Shown piece after piece: positions 24,310-32,237 of a stretch of 59,983 nucleotides of DNA. Location: NCBI GenBank assembly GCA_025058055.1, contig JANXEU010000015.1, positions 1 to 59,983 on the forward strand, in the 5' to 3' direction. A model generated the notes under the pieces. That model was not told where the DNA came from and did no database searches. It saw only the letters and a list, made by a program, of their open reading frames with translations. Made by a program: the position numbers and the translations under genes. The stretch's first letter is position 1, and each line of letters opens with the position of its first letter. The stretch is from Candidatus Calditenuaceae archaeon. GTDB lineage: Archaea; Thermoproteota; Nitrososphaeria_A; Caldarchaeales; Calditenuaceae.

Positions 24310-25540
24310 GTCCTTCCACCTCTCTGAGGTAAAGCTCGACGAGGGCTCTCGCCACGCTGGACTTCCTCGCCGGCCCTATCCGTCTCACGAGACCGCTTCT
24401 CGTCACGACCACGAACTCGTTCTCGACGGAGCCGAACCCGACGCCACTCTTCGAAACGTCGTTTATGGCGACCATCACTGGGTCAAGCTCCCTGTAGGCC
24501 GCAGCTATCTCGACCGGGTCATTCTCCATTCCGTAGACCGCCTTGAAGACCACCAGATCGATCCACGGAAAAGCGTGTTTCACCTCCGCTACTACCTTCG
24601 GTGTGGCCCTGAGCCTCAGAGTCAACTCTCCTTGGACTTTCGTCTCGATCTTCCCTCGGAACACCTCGACCGGTTCGTAGTCTGAGACCGCAGCAGCCGC
24701 GAAAAACCCCTTCGCGTTGCCACCCTCTTTCAGACACACCTCCAGCGTCTCCCTCGCCGATGTAACGCCTATCGACCTAACGTCCAACGGAACCCTCACG
24801 TTGATCGGACCGTGGACCAGCGTGGTGCTAGCCCCCAAACTCCTCAGCGACCTTGCGATCTCGACGCCCATCTTGCCGCTCGAGGGGTTCGTGAGGAACC
24901 TGACCGCGTCTATGTGCTCGCGCGTCGGTCCGGCGGTCACTAGGAAGTTGGTCCCTTGAAGAGGTTTCGGTGAGGTCGCGTATATCGTTGCGTCGAGGAT
25001 GTCATCCGGTTCGGCCAACTTCGCCTTTCCCTCCTCGAGCCTCGGCCCGACTACTGTCACGCCCAGAGACCTCATCCTCTCCGTCAGCTCCATTACGACC
25101 GGTGACCTGTACATCGACTCGTGCATCGCCGGTGCCACAACGATCGGGATGCCGTTTCCCAAGGCACACGACAGCAACAGCGTAACCGAGTCATCGGAGA
25201 CCCCAGCACAGAGCTTCGCAAGCACGTTCTGAGTCGCGGGTGCGACGACCACCGCATCAACCCTTCCGCTGCCCTCGGTCAGCTCGGCGTACTCGATCCT
25301 GCCAGTCGGTTCCACGAGCGGGTCGTTTCCGGTCGCCCACCTCATTATCTCAGCGTTCAACATCGAGGCCGCCTCCCTTGTCATCACAGGCACAACGTCC
25401 GCTCCGTTACGCATCAGGAGCCTCGCGAGATCCGGAGACCTGTAGACGGATACGCTGGCCGTCAAAGCAAGCGCTATCCTCTTCCCCGAGAGCCAGTCCC
25501 CCCAAGTCCCCCTGATCTCCTTGAGGTGTTCCGGGTCCAC
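24296..25540 (-). CDS. coaBC: bifunctional phosphopantothenoylcysteine decarboxylase / phosphopantothenate-cysteine ligase (CoaBC)
   Basis: Flavoprotein half KRIALALTASVSVYRSPDLARLLMRNGADVVPVMT, and ligase half LVTAGPTREHIDAVRFLTNPSSGKMG. The track ORF extends to 25717 but would run through tRNA-Pro, so the in-frame GTG at 25540 is the likely start. Confidence 0.85.
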   Translation of the reverse strand: MDPEHLKEIRGTWGDWLSGKRIALALTASVSVYRSPDLARLLMRNGADVVPVMTREAASMLNAEIMRWATGNDPLVEPTGRIEYAELTEGSGRVDAVVVAPATQNVLAKLCAGVSDDSVTLLLSCALGNGIPIVVAPAMHESMYRSPVVMELTERMRSLGVTVVGPRLEEGKAKLAEPDDILDATIYATSPKPLQGTNFLVTAGPTREHIDAVRFLTNPSSGKMGVEIARSLRSLGASTTLVHGPINVRVPLDVRSIGVTSARETLEVCLKEGGNAKGFFAAAAVSDYEPVEVFRGKIETKVQGELTLRLRATPKVVAEVKHAFPWIDLVVFKAVYGMENDPVEIAAAYRELDPVMVAINDVSKSGVGFGSVENEFVVVTRSGLVRRIGPARKSSVARALVELYLREVEGLETG

Positions 25541-25599
25541 CGATCGACAAATCTCCTCCCGGGTTAAAAGCTTGGAACTGCGCGGATACGGAGAACGCT

Positions 25600-25696
25600 T
25601 GGGGCCGGTGGGATTTGAACCCACGGCCTCTCCCGGACGCTTATCGCGTCTCCCGGGCCCGAGCCGGGCGTCCACTCCATGCTGGACTACGGCCCC
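25600..25696 (-). tRNA. tRNA-Pro (anticodon CGG) carrying a roughly 20-22-nt insert 3' of the anticodon stem (non-canonical intron position)
   Basis: Acceptor GGGGCCG/CGGCCCC, D stem GTCC/GGAC, anticodon stem CCCGG/CCGGG with loop CTCGGGC, T arm GTGGG-TTCAAAT-CCCAC, discriminator A. There are 27 nt between the anticodon stem and T stem instead of about 5. The insert (about 25628-25649) contains an ACGC/GCGT hairpin and a duplicated CCGGGAGA. Confidence 0.75.
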
Positions 25697-25720
25697 GCTG
25701 TCCCTCACCCAGTCCACGGT

Positions 25721-25729
25721 CTATAAAAG
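25721..25729 (-). promoter_or_regulatory. TATA box of tRNA-Pro
   Basis: CTTTTATAG on the minus strand, centred about 29 nt upstream of the tRNA 5' end. Confidence 0.5.
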
Positions 25730-25959
25730 CTAATGGGTCTCACGACTCGTGTCATCGGCGGCACATCACCGAGACCTCGACGAAGTCGAACCAATTCGAA
25801 GAGCTAGCGCTGCTGATAGGGTGATATACTTACCTATCGAGATTAACAGGATATCATAATTGTTAGGAAGACGAACTCTGGATGAAGAACTTTGTGTGTG
25901 TTCTGAAAAACACGAATCAGTAAACCTGAGACGTCGTCGTTCGCTGAGCCTAGAACGCT

Positions 25960-26349
25960 TCACTCCTCAACCGATTGCCTTGCAAGCCTGTACCTCATCA
26001 CACCACCAGAGCTTTGTTCCCTGTCGAGGAAGCCCCTCTCCGTCAGACGGGCCAGATAGGTGGATGCGGTGCTGAGCGTTATCTCCTCCCCGTACTCTTC
26101 CCTGTAGGCCTCGACGGCATCCCTCGAGGTGAAGGGCCCTGCGGACAACCTCTTCTCTAAGGCTCTGGCCAGCCTCACCAATTTGTTCTCCAAGGGGACT
26201 GACCTCTCCTGCTGACCTCCGTAGAGCTCCACGAGGTCTGCGATCTGGAGGAACTTCTCCTTGGTGAGGTTGCCCTCGATGATGAGAGTGATTCGGTCTC
26301 CGTCGTCGTCGACCATCTCGAGCTTCAGCTTCCTCCTCTTCACGGGCAA
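25960..26349 (-). CDS. hypothetical DNA-binding protein (small N-terminal beta-rich domain plus C-terminal winged helix)
   Basis: The C-terminus ITLSTASTYLARLTERGFLDRE...MRYRL fits a wHTH recognition helix plus wing. A T-tract (GTTTTTC, minus strand, about 25905-25911) lies downstream. Confidence 0.55.
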   Translation of the reverse strand: MPVKRRKLKLEMVDDDGDRITLIIEGNLTKEKFLQIADLVELYGGQQERSVPLENKLVRLARALEKRLSAGPFTSRDAVEAYREEYGEEITLSTASTYLARLTERGFLDREQSSGGVMRYRLARQSVEE

Positions 26350-26522
26350 TCCTAGGACTTCCCCGCAGTCCGGTTAGAAATACATCCGTGTTCCAGCCGA
26401 ACAGAACATGTTACCACCCAATTACCGGGATATCACTTTAGCTGTCATTTACGGAGCTTTGGCCAAAAGGTCGTTGCGGACAAGGATCACGTTTATCAAC
26501 AGAGCGAAGCACGAGGCCTGGC

Positions 26523-26909
26523 GTGAGGCATAGAGTTCCCAGGTACCGCATTTCGAAATTTACTGTAATTCTATGGTTAGCGAATCTAATTCCATACTCG
26601 CTGCAGGGTGCTAGAACAGCGTTAGAAGGTCAGGGATCGCTAGCACTCTCCAACCTCATCTTCCTCGTAAGCTTCGTCGTGGCTATTGTTCTATTGATTA
26701 GAATCTCCATTATAGGTGCTATATTCTCCCTCTCAGTCTCTGCCTTTGTGACCTACAGGATGGTCGACGCGGTCCTGAACCCGAACTGGAACCTCTTCTT
26801 CAGGCTCTCTCACGCTGGGATGATTGTCATGGCGGTGCTCTTCGCGTTGGCGGCGGTCATCGAGGTCGTAAGGCGGCGTGAGCTCAGACTCCCTCAACGA
26901 TCTCTTTAG
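26523..26909 (+). CDS. small integral membrane protein (3-4 TM helices), hypothetical
   Basis: Clear hydrophobic helices (LALSNLIFLVSFVVAIVLLI, IIGAIFSLSVSAFVTY, GMIVMAVLFALAAVIEVV). The 5' two-thirds is not overlapped by any other ORF. GTG start. Confidence 0.5.
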   Translation: MRHRVPRYRISKFTVILWLANLIPYSLQGARTALEGQGSLALSNLIFLVSFVVAIVLLIRISIIGAIFSLSVSAFVTYRMVDAVLNPNWNLFFRLSHAGMIVMAVLFALAAVIEVVRRRELRLPQRSL

Positions 26910-27302
26910 GTACTTCTCGATCTCGGCTAGGACATCTAGCGCCTCATCGAACCTACCGGCTCGGAGGTGTTCTGCGACCTCAACGATCCAGCTGGATCCC
27001 TCCTGACCGTGGAGCCCGAGATAACCCATCACAAGGACCGTGAAGACGCTCTGCGAGAGGTTCCTGAGGGCCTGCTGGAGCACCTTGGCGTAGGTCCCCT
27101 TAGTGACGCCCAGCAGCCTCGCCTTCTCGGACATCTTCATGCCTCTGGTCGAGGGGTCGAGCTCTGTCAGGAGTACCTCCATCTGCCTCTCGGTCAGCGC
27201 GCTGTTCTTGAACAGGTATGCGAGAAGTGGGTCGATGAGTGGTCTTCCGTTGAGCGCTGGAGCATCATTAGCCTTTGCGTTTTCACTAGGACTCGAGGGC
27301 AT
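26733..27302 (-). CDS. Tfx-like / sigma-70 region-4-like HTH DNA-binding protein
   Basis: LTERQMEVLLT...MSEKARLLGVTKGTYAKVLQQALRNL resembles the Tfx/LuxR-type HTH. The last roughly 55 aa are charged and low-complexity, and lie antisense to the 3' end of 26523..26909. Confidence 0.55.
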   Translation of the reverse strand: MPSSPSENAKANDAPALNGRPLIDPLLAYLFKNSALTERQMEVLLTELDPSTRGMKMSEKARLLGVTKGTYAKVLQQALRNLSQSVFTVLVMGYLGLHGQEGSSWIVEVAEHLRAGRFDEALDVLAEIEKYLKRSLRESELTPPYDLDDRRQREEHRHDNHPSVREPEEEVPVRVQDRVDHPVGHKGRD

Positions 27303-27473
27303 CGCGACGCCTCCGCGTCAGACATTTTAGTCAACGGCGATCTAGTAAGGTTACCTCTTCAAGCACTGGCGGACTGGTCAAGGTAATACCAGCCAATAGT
27401 GTGGATTGTCTACCCATGTTGCCAGAGTGCCGACTTACATTAATGACTGAGCTCCTGAGCGGAGTTAGGAGGA

Positions 27474-27755
27474 TTGGCGAAGAAGGTTGAGGTCTACATC
27501 CCGGCTCCCCTGAGGAGTTTCGTCGGCAACTCCGAGCGGGTGTCGGTCGAGGCGGAGACGGTCGGCGACGCGATCAGGGCCCTCGTGGAGAAGTACCCGA
27601 GGCTACAGCAGCAGCTCTTCGACGAGTCCGGAAACCTGAGGCGCTACGTCAATGTCTTCCTGAATGACCGCAACGTGAACGAGCTCAAGGGTCTGGAAAC
27701 AGAGGTCAGGGAGAACGACAGGGTACTCCTCTTGCCCGCGATAGCCGGCGGGTGA
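27474..27755 (+). CDS. MoaD/ThiS-family ubiquitin-like protein (SAMP-like) ending in Gly-Gly
   Basis: 93 aa. The pattern ...VEAETVGDAIRALVEKYP...NVFLNDRNV...ENDRVLLLPAIAGG ends with a di-glycine immediately before the stop. AGGAGG lies 3 nt upstream of the TTG start. Confidence 0.8.
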   Translation: MAKKVEVYIPAPLRSFVGNSERVSVEAETVGDAIRALVEKYPRLQQQLFDESGNLRRYVNVFLNDRNVNELKGLETEVRENDRVLLLPAIAGG

Positions 27756-27827
27756 CTACATACCGACGATGTGTGCAGCCTAACGGCTAAACCCATTTAA
27801 ATCTGGTCGAGCGGGTCCTAGGCAGTC

Positions 27828-30713
27828 ATGAGGGTATCGTCGGGGGTGCCAGCCTTCCTGCTGACGGCCCTGCTCGCGCTGGCCCTCGTCCTCTCGCTTC
27901 ACGTGGAGGAGGCTCATGCGGGCCCCTCCACCAACGACGTAACGGTCACCGTCAGGAACCATTACGGGGAGCCCCTGCAGAACGCCAACGTCACCGCCTA
28001 CTTCTCCAACGGCACCAAGGTCGCCAACAACGCGACCGTAAGAGGGTCGGCGATCACGGGCTCCGACGGGAAGGTCACGCTCCGACTCAAGAACGGAACT
28101 TCTCCCCTCCACAACAACTACACCCTCAGGGTCTTCTTCAGGGGGAAGGAGCTGAACACGACGAGCCTGAAGTGTGACGAGAACGGGTGCAGGCATAGGG
28201 CGATCGACATCAGGCTCCCCGTCCTCCACCTAAGGGTGGTCGTCAGGGGCAGGTCCGGCGACCCAGTTCAGGACGCGAGGGTCAACGTCACCTCTGCCGA
28301 GATCGAGCCGCGGACGCTCGCCTCCAACGCCGCTACCGGCAGCAACGGCGAGGTCTTGGTTCAGAACCTCCCGGCCGGCACGGACTACTCGGTGAGCGTC
28401 CGCTATGAGGTGTCAGGGCCCGGGCTGGGGACGCGGCGTTACTCCCGGGAGGTCTCCCACAACCTCCAAGTCGGGAGCGAAAGCCTGACGGTCAGCCTAG
28501 ACCTCTACAGGGTCCAGATGGCAGTGATGGACAGGGACGGCTCGCCAGTTGCAGGTGTAAGGGTGGAGCTCATCGTGAGGGGGGCCAACGCGCCCCTCAG
28601 GACAGCGACCTCCGCGAGCGACGGCAGCGTGGTGTTCAGGTTGATCCCCGCCGAGACCTACTTGCTCCGGTTCTTCTTGGGAAACGAGGAGGTCTACCGG
28701 ATGGACGACCGCTACGTCGGCGACGACATGAACCTAGGTGATTTTACGCTCCCGGTCGCGAAGTTCTCCCTGGTCGCCAACACGCTGCTGGGAAGGCAGG
28801 TCTCGGGCATCAGCCTGACGGCTCGGCTGCTGGTCGGCGCGACGGAGTACAGGTCTGTCACCTCCAGTGACGGCAGGTTCGAGTTCGGATACGTCAGGGC
28901 GGACAGGGATTATGAGCTCAGGGTCCTCTTCGAGGGTCAGGAGGTCTACAGGGCCACGTTGAGGTCCGAGAACATCAGAGTTGATCTGCGGGTGACCGTC
29001 AACGTCGGGAACTTCGGCGTCACTCTGAACCTTGACGGGTTCTTCGGGAGGCTGCCGCAACTCCTCAGGGACACGGTGATGCTGAGGCTCTCCGTTGAGG
29101 GAGGGACCTTCTCGAGGGAATGGCGGCTCGAGAGGGCCTACGTGCTCGTTGAGAACCATCCGCTCGTGACGTACAGGTACCAACTCCTCTATACGGGACG
29201 GGTCATCGGTGACGGGACTCTACGACCACAGCGCAACGGTGAACAGATCACTCTCACACCTACTTCCTACGAGCTGAGGGTCTCGGCCAACTCGACCACC
29301 AGAAGGCCGATAGAAGGGACGCTGGTGCTGCTCCTAGGAGGCAGCGAGATCGGCAGGGTTGAGGTGACGCGGGCTGGCACGTCCTTTGGCAGGCTGGCCG
29401 ACCTGAACTACGAGTACAGGTTCCTGTACATGGGCATCGGTGTCGCGGAAGGCATGATAGACTCGGCGGTTCTCCGATCTGGGAAGCTCGGGGTAGCCGC
29501 AAGAGTCGTTGACCTAAGGGTCAGAGTGTTGGATCACAGCGGCTCGAACCCGCTGGAGAGCGCGCTGGTTTACCTCTCGGTTGGGGACTACAGGGTGACG
29601 AGGACCACTGATGCGGAGGGCAGGACCACTTTCCCCGATGTGCCTCACGCCAGGGTAACCATGAGAGTTATGTACAGAGGCGTTGAGGTGTTGTCGGAGG
29701 GCGAGAGGTCCTTCGAGTTCCCGTTGGCTGAGCCGGTGATCGAGGTCAAGGGCACAAGAGTCTTCAGGGTCGTCCTGCGAGTTCAGGATGGCGAGGGCAG
29801 GCCCCTCGAAGAGGGAAGGTACGGCGTCTCGATCGCTGAGTTCAGGTCAGAGGGTGAGATCGGTGAGAACGGCACGGCCTCCGTCAACATGGTTCCCGGT
29901 GGAAGAGTCGAGGTTGCGGTGACTTACAAGGGCATTATCGTGTTCGCCGGCAGAGACTTTCTGGTGGACGAGGACGGCGAGGAACTCTCCGTAAGGGCGC
30001 GCGTCTTCACGCTCCAATTGAGTTTCACGTTCGTGTCGCTGGACGGTGAAAGGCTCCCCCTGAGAGGGGCCTCGGTCAGATTCGCTACCAGCGAGACCAA
30101 CGCAGAACTCTTCAAGGACGTCTCGGACGTAAACGGTTCCGTCGCCGCGCTCCTCCCCGCAACCCGATATGACCTTCAGGTGTCTTACTTAGGGATACCG
30201 GTATACTCAGCGACGGTCGATCACGGTTCCACATCCAGACAGGTGGTGAATCTACCGGTTTACGCGGTTCGCTTCAGGCTTTTGAACTTTGAAGGCAGGA
30301 CGGTGGGGAACACCACCTACTCCTTCTATTACCTCACCTCCGATACTTCTGGGCAGGGCATCAGGCCGGTAATCAGCGGCCAAGCCGATGGAGAGGAGTC
30401 GGTCATACTCCCGGAGGGGAGATACAGGGTAAGGTTCAACACGCTCTACGGCGTCCAAGAGGCGGGTTTGGAGGTCAAGGGAGGGCCGCGTGAGAGGGTT
30501 TTCACCGTCATTCCACCTAGGTCCTTCGAGAGCAACGTCCCCTATTTCGTGTCACCGCTGCTGGTGGCTGTCGCTGTATACGGGTTCCTGAGGGCCTTCA
30601 GGGTTGGAGGGCCGACGAGAAACACGACCACCGCCGATGGGGGACGGAGCAGTAACACCGAGACCACTAAGAGCAGGAGCACATCCAAGAGGACGGTGAG
30701 ACGCAACATATGA
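27828..30713 (+). CDS. large secreted surface protein built from about 10 carboxypeptidase-regulatory-like (prealbumin-fold) repeats, with a C-terminal TM anchor
   Basis: Signal VPAFLLTALLALALVLSLHVEEAHA. Recurring modules of about 85 aa of the type G.P..gA.V.......T...dG.v.f..lp.g.Y.l.v.y.G..V. Many N-x-S/T sequons. C-terminal helix YFVSPLLVAVAVYGFL followed by a basic tail. Confidence 0.7.
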   Translation: MRVSSGVPAFLLTALLALALVLSLHVEEAHAGPSTNDVTVTVRNHYGEPLQNANVTAYFSNGTKVANNATVRGSAITGSDGKVTLRLKNGTSPLHNNYTLRVFFRGKELNTTSLKCDENGCRHRAIDIRLPVLHLRVVVRGRSGDPVQDARVNVTSAEIEPRTLASNAATGSNGEVLVQNLPAGTDYSVSVRYEVSGPGLGTRRYSREVSHNLQVGSESLTVSLDLYRVQMAVMDRDGSPVAGVRVELIVRGANAPLRTATSASDGSVVFRLIPAETYLLRFFLGNEEVYRMDDRYVGDDMNLGDFTLPVAKFSLVANTLLGRQVSGISLTARLLVGATEYRSVTSSDGRFEFGYVRADRDYELRVLFEGQEVYRATLRSENIRVDLRVTVNVGNFGVTLNLDGFFGRLPQLLRDTVMLRLSVEGGTFSREWRLERAYVLVENHPLVTYRYQLLYTGRVIGDGTLRPQRNGEQITLTPTSYELRVSANSTTRRPIEGTLVLLLGGSEIGRVEVTRAGTSFGRLADLNYEYRFLYMGIGVAEGMIDSAVLRSGKLGVAARVVDLRVRVLDHSGSNPLESALVYLSVGDYRVTRTTDAEGRTTFPDVPHARVTMRVMYRGVEVLSEGERSFEFPLAEPVIEVKGTRVFRVVLRVQDGEGRPLEEGRYGVSIAEFRSEGEIGENGTASVNMVPGGRVEVAVTYKGIIVFAGRDFLVDEDGEELSVRARVFTLQLSFTFVSLDGERLPLRGASVRFATSETNAELFKDVSDVNGSVAALLPATRYDLQVSYLGIPVYSATVDHGSTSRQVVNLPVYAVRFRLLNFEGRTVGNTTYSFYYLTSDTSGQGIRPVISGQADGEESVILPEGRYRVRFNTLYGVQEAGLEVKGGPRERVFTVIPPRSFESNVPYFVSPLLVAVAVYGFLRAFRVGGPTRNTTTADGGRSSNTETTKSRSTSKRTVRRNI

Positions 30714-31336
30714 GCAAGAAGAGAGAAGCCGTCAAACTGGTTCTGGTCATGGTCACGATCATAGCTCTGGCCTTCGGCGCCTTCGCGGTTATCGGGTCGG
30801 CTCTTAACAGTCAGTATCCGTTGGTCGTAGTAGCGTCCGGCAGCATGAAGCCGGTCCTCTACGAGGGCGATATCCTGCTGATAGAGGGGGTGAAGTTCGA
30901 GGAGGTGAAAACTTCTCCGATCGACGGTGATGTCATTGTCTACCGCAGGCCCTATGACGGTAGGTTGATCGTTCACAGGGCCATAGCTCGCGAGGGGATC
31001 GGCATAATCACGAAAGGGGACGCGAACTTGTCTCCTGACCCGATACCGGTGACGCAGGACATGATCGTGGGGCGTTGGACGGGGTTCAAGATCCCTCACT
31101 GGACAGGGGTCGGATACCTCTCGCTGATACTCAGAGGCGAGATTTACTATCCTCTGGGGCCTCTCATTATAATCCTGCTTGTGCTGCTCAACGTCGTCTA
31201 TCTGTTGTCCGGCTTCTCGAGATCGCCCGATAAGAGCGATGAGTCCCAGTCGAAAGGTAGCTCCGGTGAGTCCCTCAAGACCGAGTCCCCGGCTGGTTCT
31301 AACATGCGGTGTGTCGACGGTCTTAGCCTAACGTAA
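30710..31336 (+). CDS. signal peptidase I (archaeal/Sec11-type, S26B)
   Basis: SGSMKPVLYEGD (catalytic Ser box), VIVYRRP, LIVHRAI (His box), ITKGDAN. The ATG overlaps the upstream stop (ATGA). Confidence 0.8.
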   Translation: MSKKREAVKLVLVMVTIIALAFGAFAVIGSALNSQYPLVVVASGSMKPVLYEGDILLIEGVKFEEVKTSPIDGDVIVYRRPYDGRLIVHRAIAREGIGIITKGDANLSPDPIPVTQDMIVGRWTGFKIPHWTGVGYLSLILRGEIYYPLGPLIIILLVLLNVVYLLSGFSRSPDKSDESQSKGSSGESLKTESPAGSNMRCVDGLSLT

Positions 31337-31370
31337 ACAGGCCGATATTCTTTTTTAGCTCCTAGAAGCT

Positions 31371-32237
31371 TTGCGGTGCAGATTGGTGCTCGAGAGGGTC
31401 TCGACGGGCATAACTAAGCTCGACAGGATATTGGGTGGCGGTCTGATCAGGGGCAAGACGTACCTCATAACTGGTGAGACCGGTGTGGGAAAGACCATCC
31501 TCAGCCTCCAGTTCCTCATGGAGGGCCTCAAGAACGGCGAGCACGTCGCCTACGTCTCCCTCGACGAACGGGTTCAGGGTGTGCTGGAAGGTGCCACGAC
31601 GCTCGGCTGGGACTTCTGGTCCTACTACAAAATGGGTGTGCTTTACCCCTTCGAGATCAGGATCTTCTCCGAGGACCTTCGGAAGTACGGCAAGAGCAGC
31701 AGGGCCTACATCGACACCATCATCAAGATGACCAACGGCGGCAGGGTCTCGAGGATCGTGCTGGACCCGATATCGGCGATGGCCTTCGGCGCGATGGAGG
31801 AGTTCGCGGTGAGGGAGTACATAAGGGAGATCATACTGTTCCTCGAGGAGAAGATCGGGGCCACCACCGTTCTTACCTGCGACATACCCTCCGGCTCCAA
31901 CAGGCTCAGCAGGTTCGGTTACGAGGAGTTCCTCTCTTCGGGGGTGATCGTGGTGGGACTGAGGAACGTCGGCGGGAGGCTCGTGAGGACCCTCATGGTG
32001 AGGAAGATGAGATGGTCTCCAGCTGACATGTCAGTTTACACCTTCGAGATAATGCACAAGCGCGGCGTCGTGATAGGCCCTCCCCTCAGAACGGTTGAGG
32101 CAGCTCTCCAGGGCGCACCTCAACTCCAGAGGGACGCTCAGCCGAGCGATCAGCCCGAAAGGGAACTTGAGACCGACAGTGGGACCGGGGAAGAGTACTT
32201 CGACAGCTTCGGAGACGTCGACGTCAGCTCTCCTTAA
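31371..32237 (+). CDS. KaiC/RadA-superfamily ATPase (single KaiC-like domain)
   Basis: STGITKLDRILGGGLIRGKTYLITGETGVGKTILSLQF (Walker A), RIVLDPIS (Walker B), and an acidic C-terminal tail. The start may be GTG 31386. Confidence 0.75.
   Translation: MRCRLVLERVSTGITKLDRILGGGLIRGKTYLITGETGVGKTILSLQFLMEGLKNGEHVAYVSLDERVQGVLEGATTLGWDFWSYYKMGVLYPFEIRIFSEDLRKYGKSSRAYIDTIIKMTNGGRVSRIVLDPISAMAFGAMEEFAVREYIREIILFLEEKIGATTVLTCDIPSGSNRLSRFGYEEFLSSGVIVVGLRNVGGRLVRTLMVRKMRWSPADMSVYTFEIMHKRGVVIGPPLRTVEAALQGAPQLQRDAQPSDQPERELETDSGTGEEYFDSFGDVDVSSP

Noticed and set aside
25541-25717. N-terminal 59 codons of the CoaBC ORF as given in the track
   Set aside because: This would translate through tRNA-Pro (25600-25696) and its promoter. 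An in-frame GTG at 25540 gives a normal-length CoaBC.
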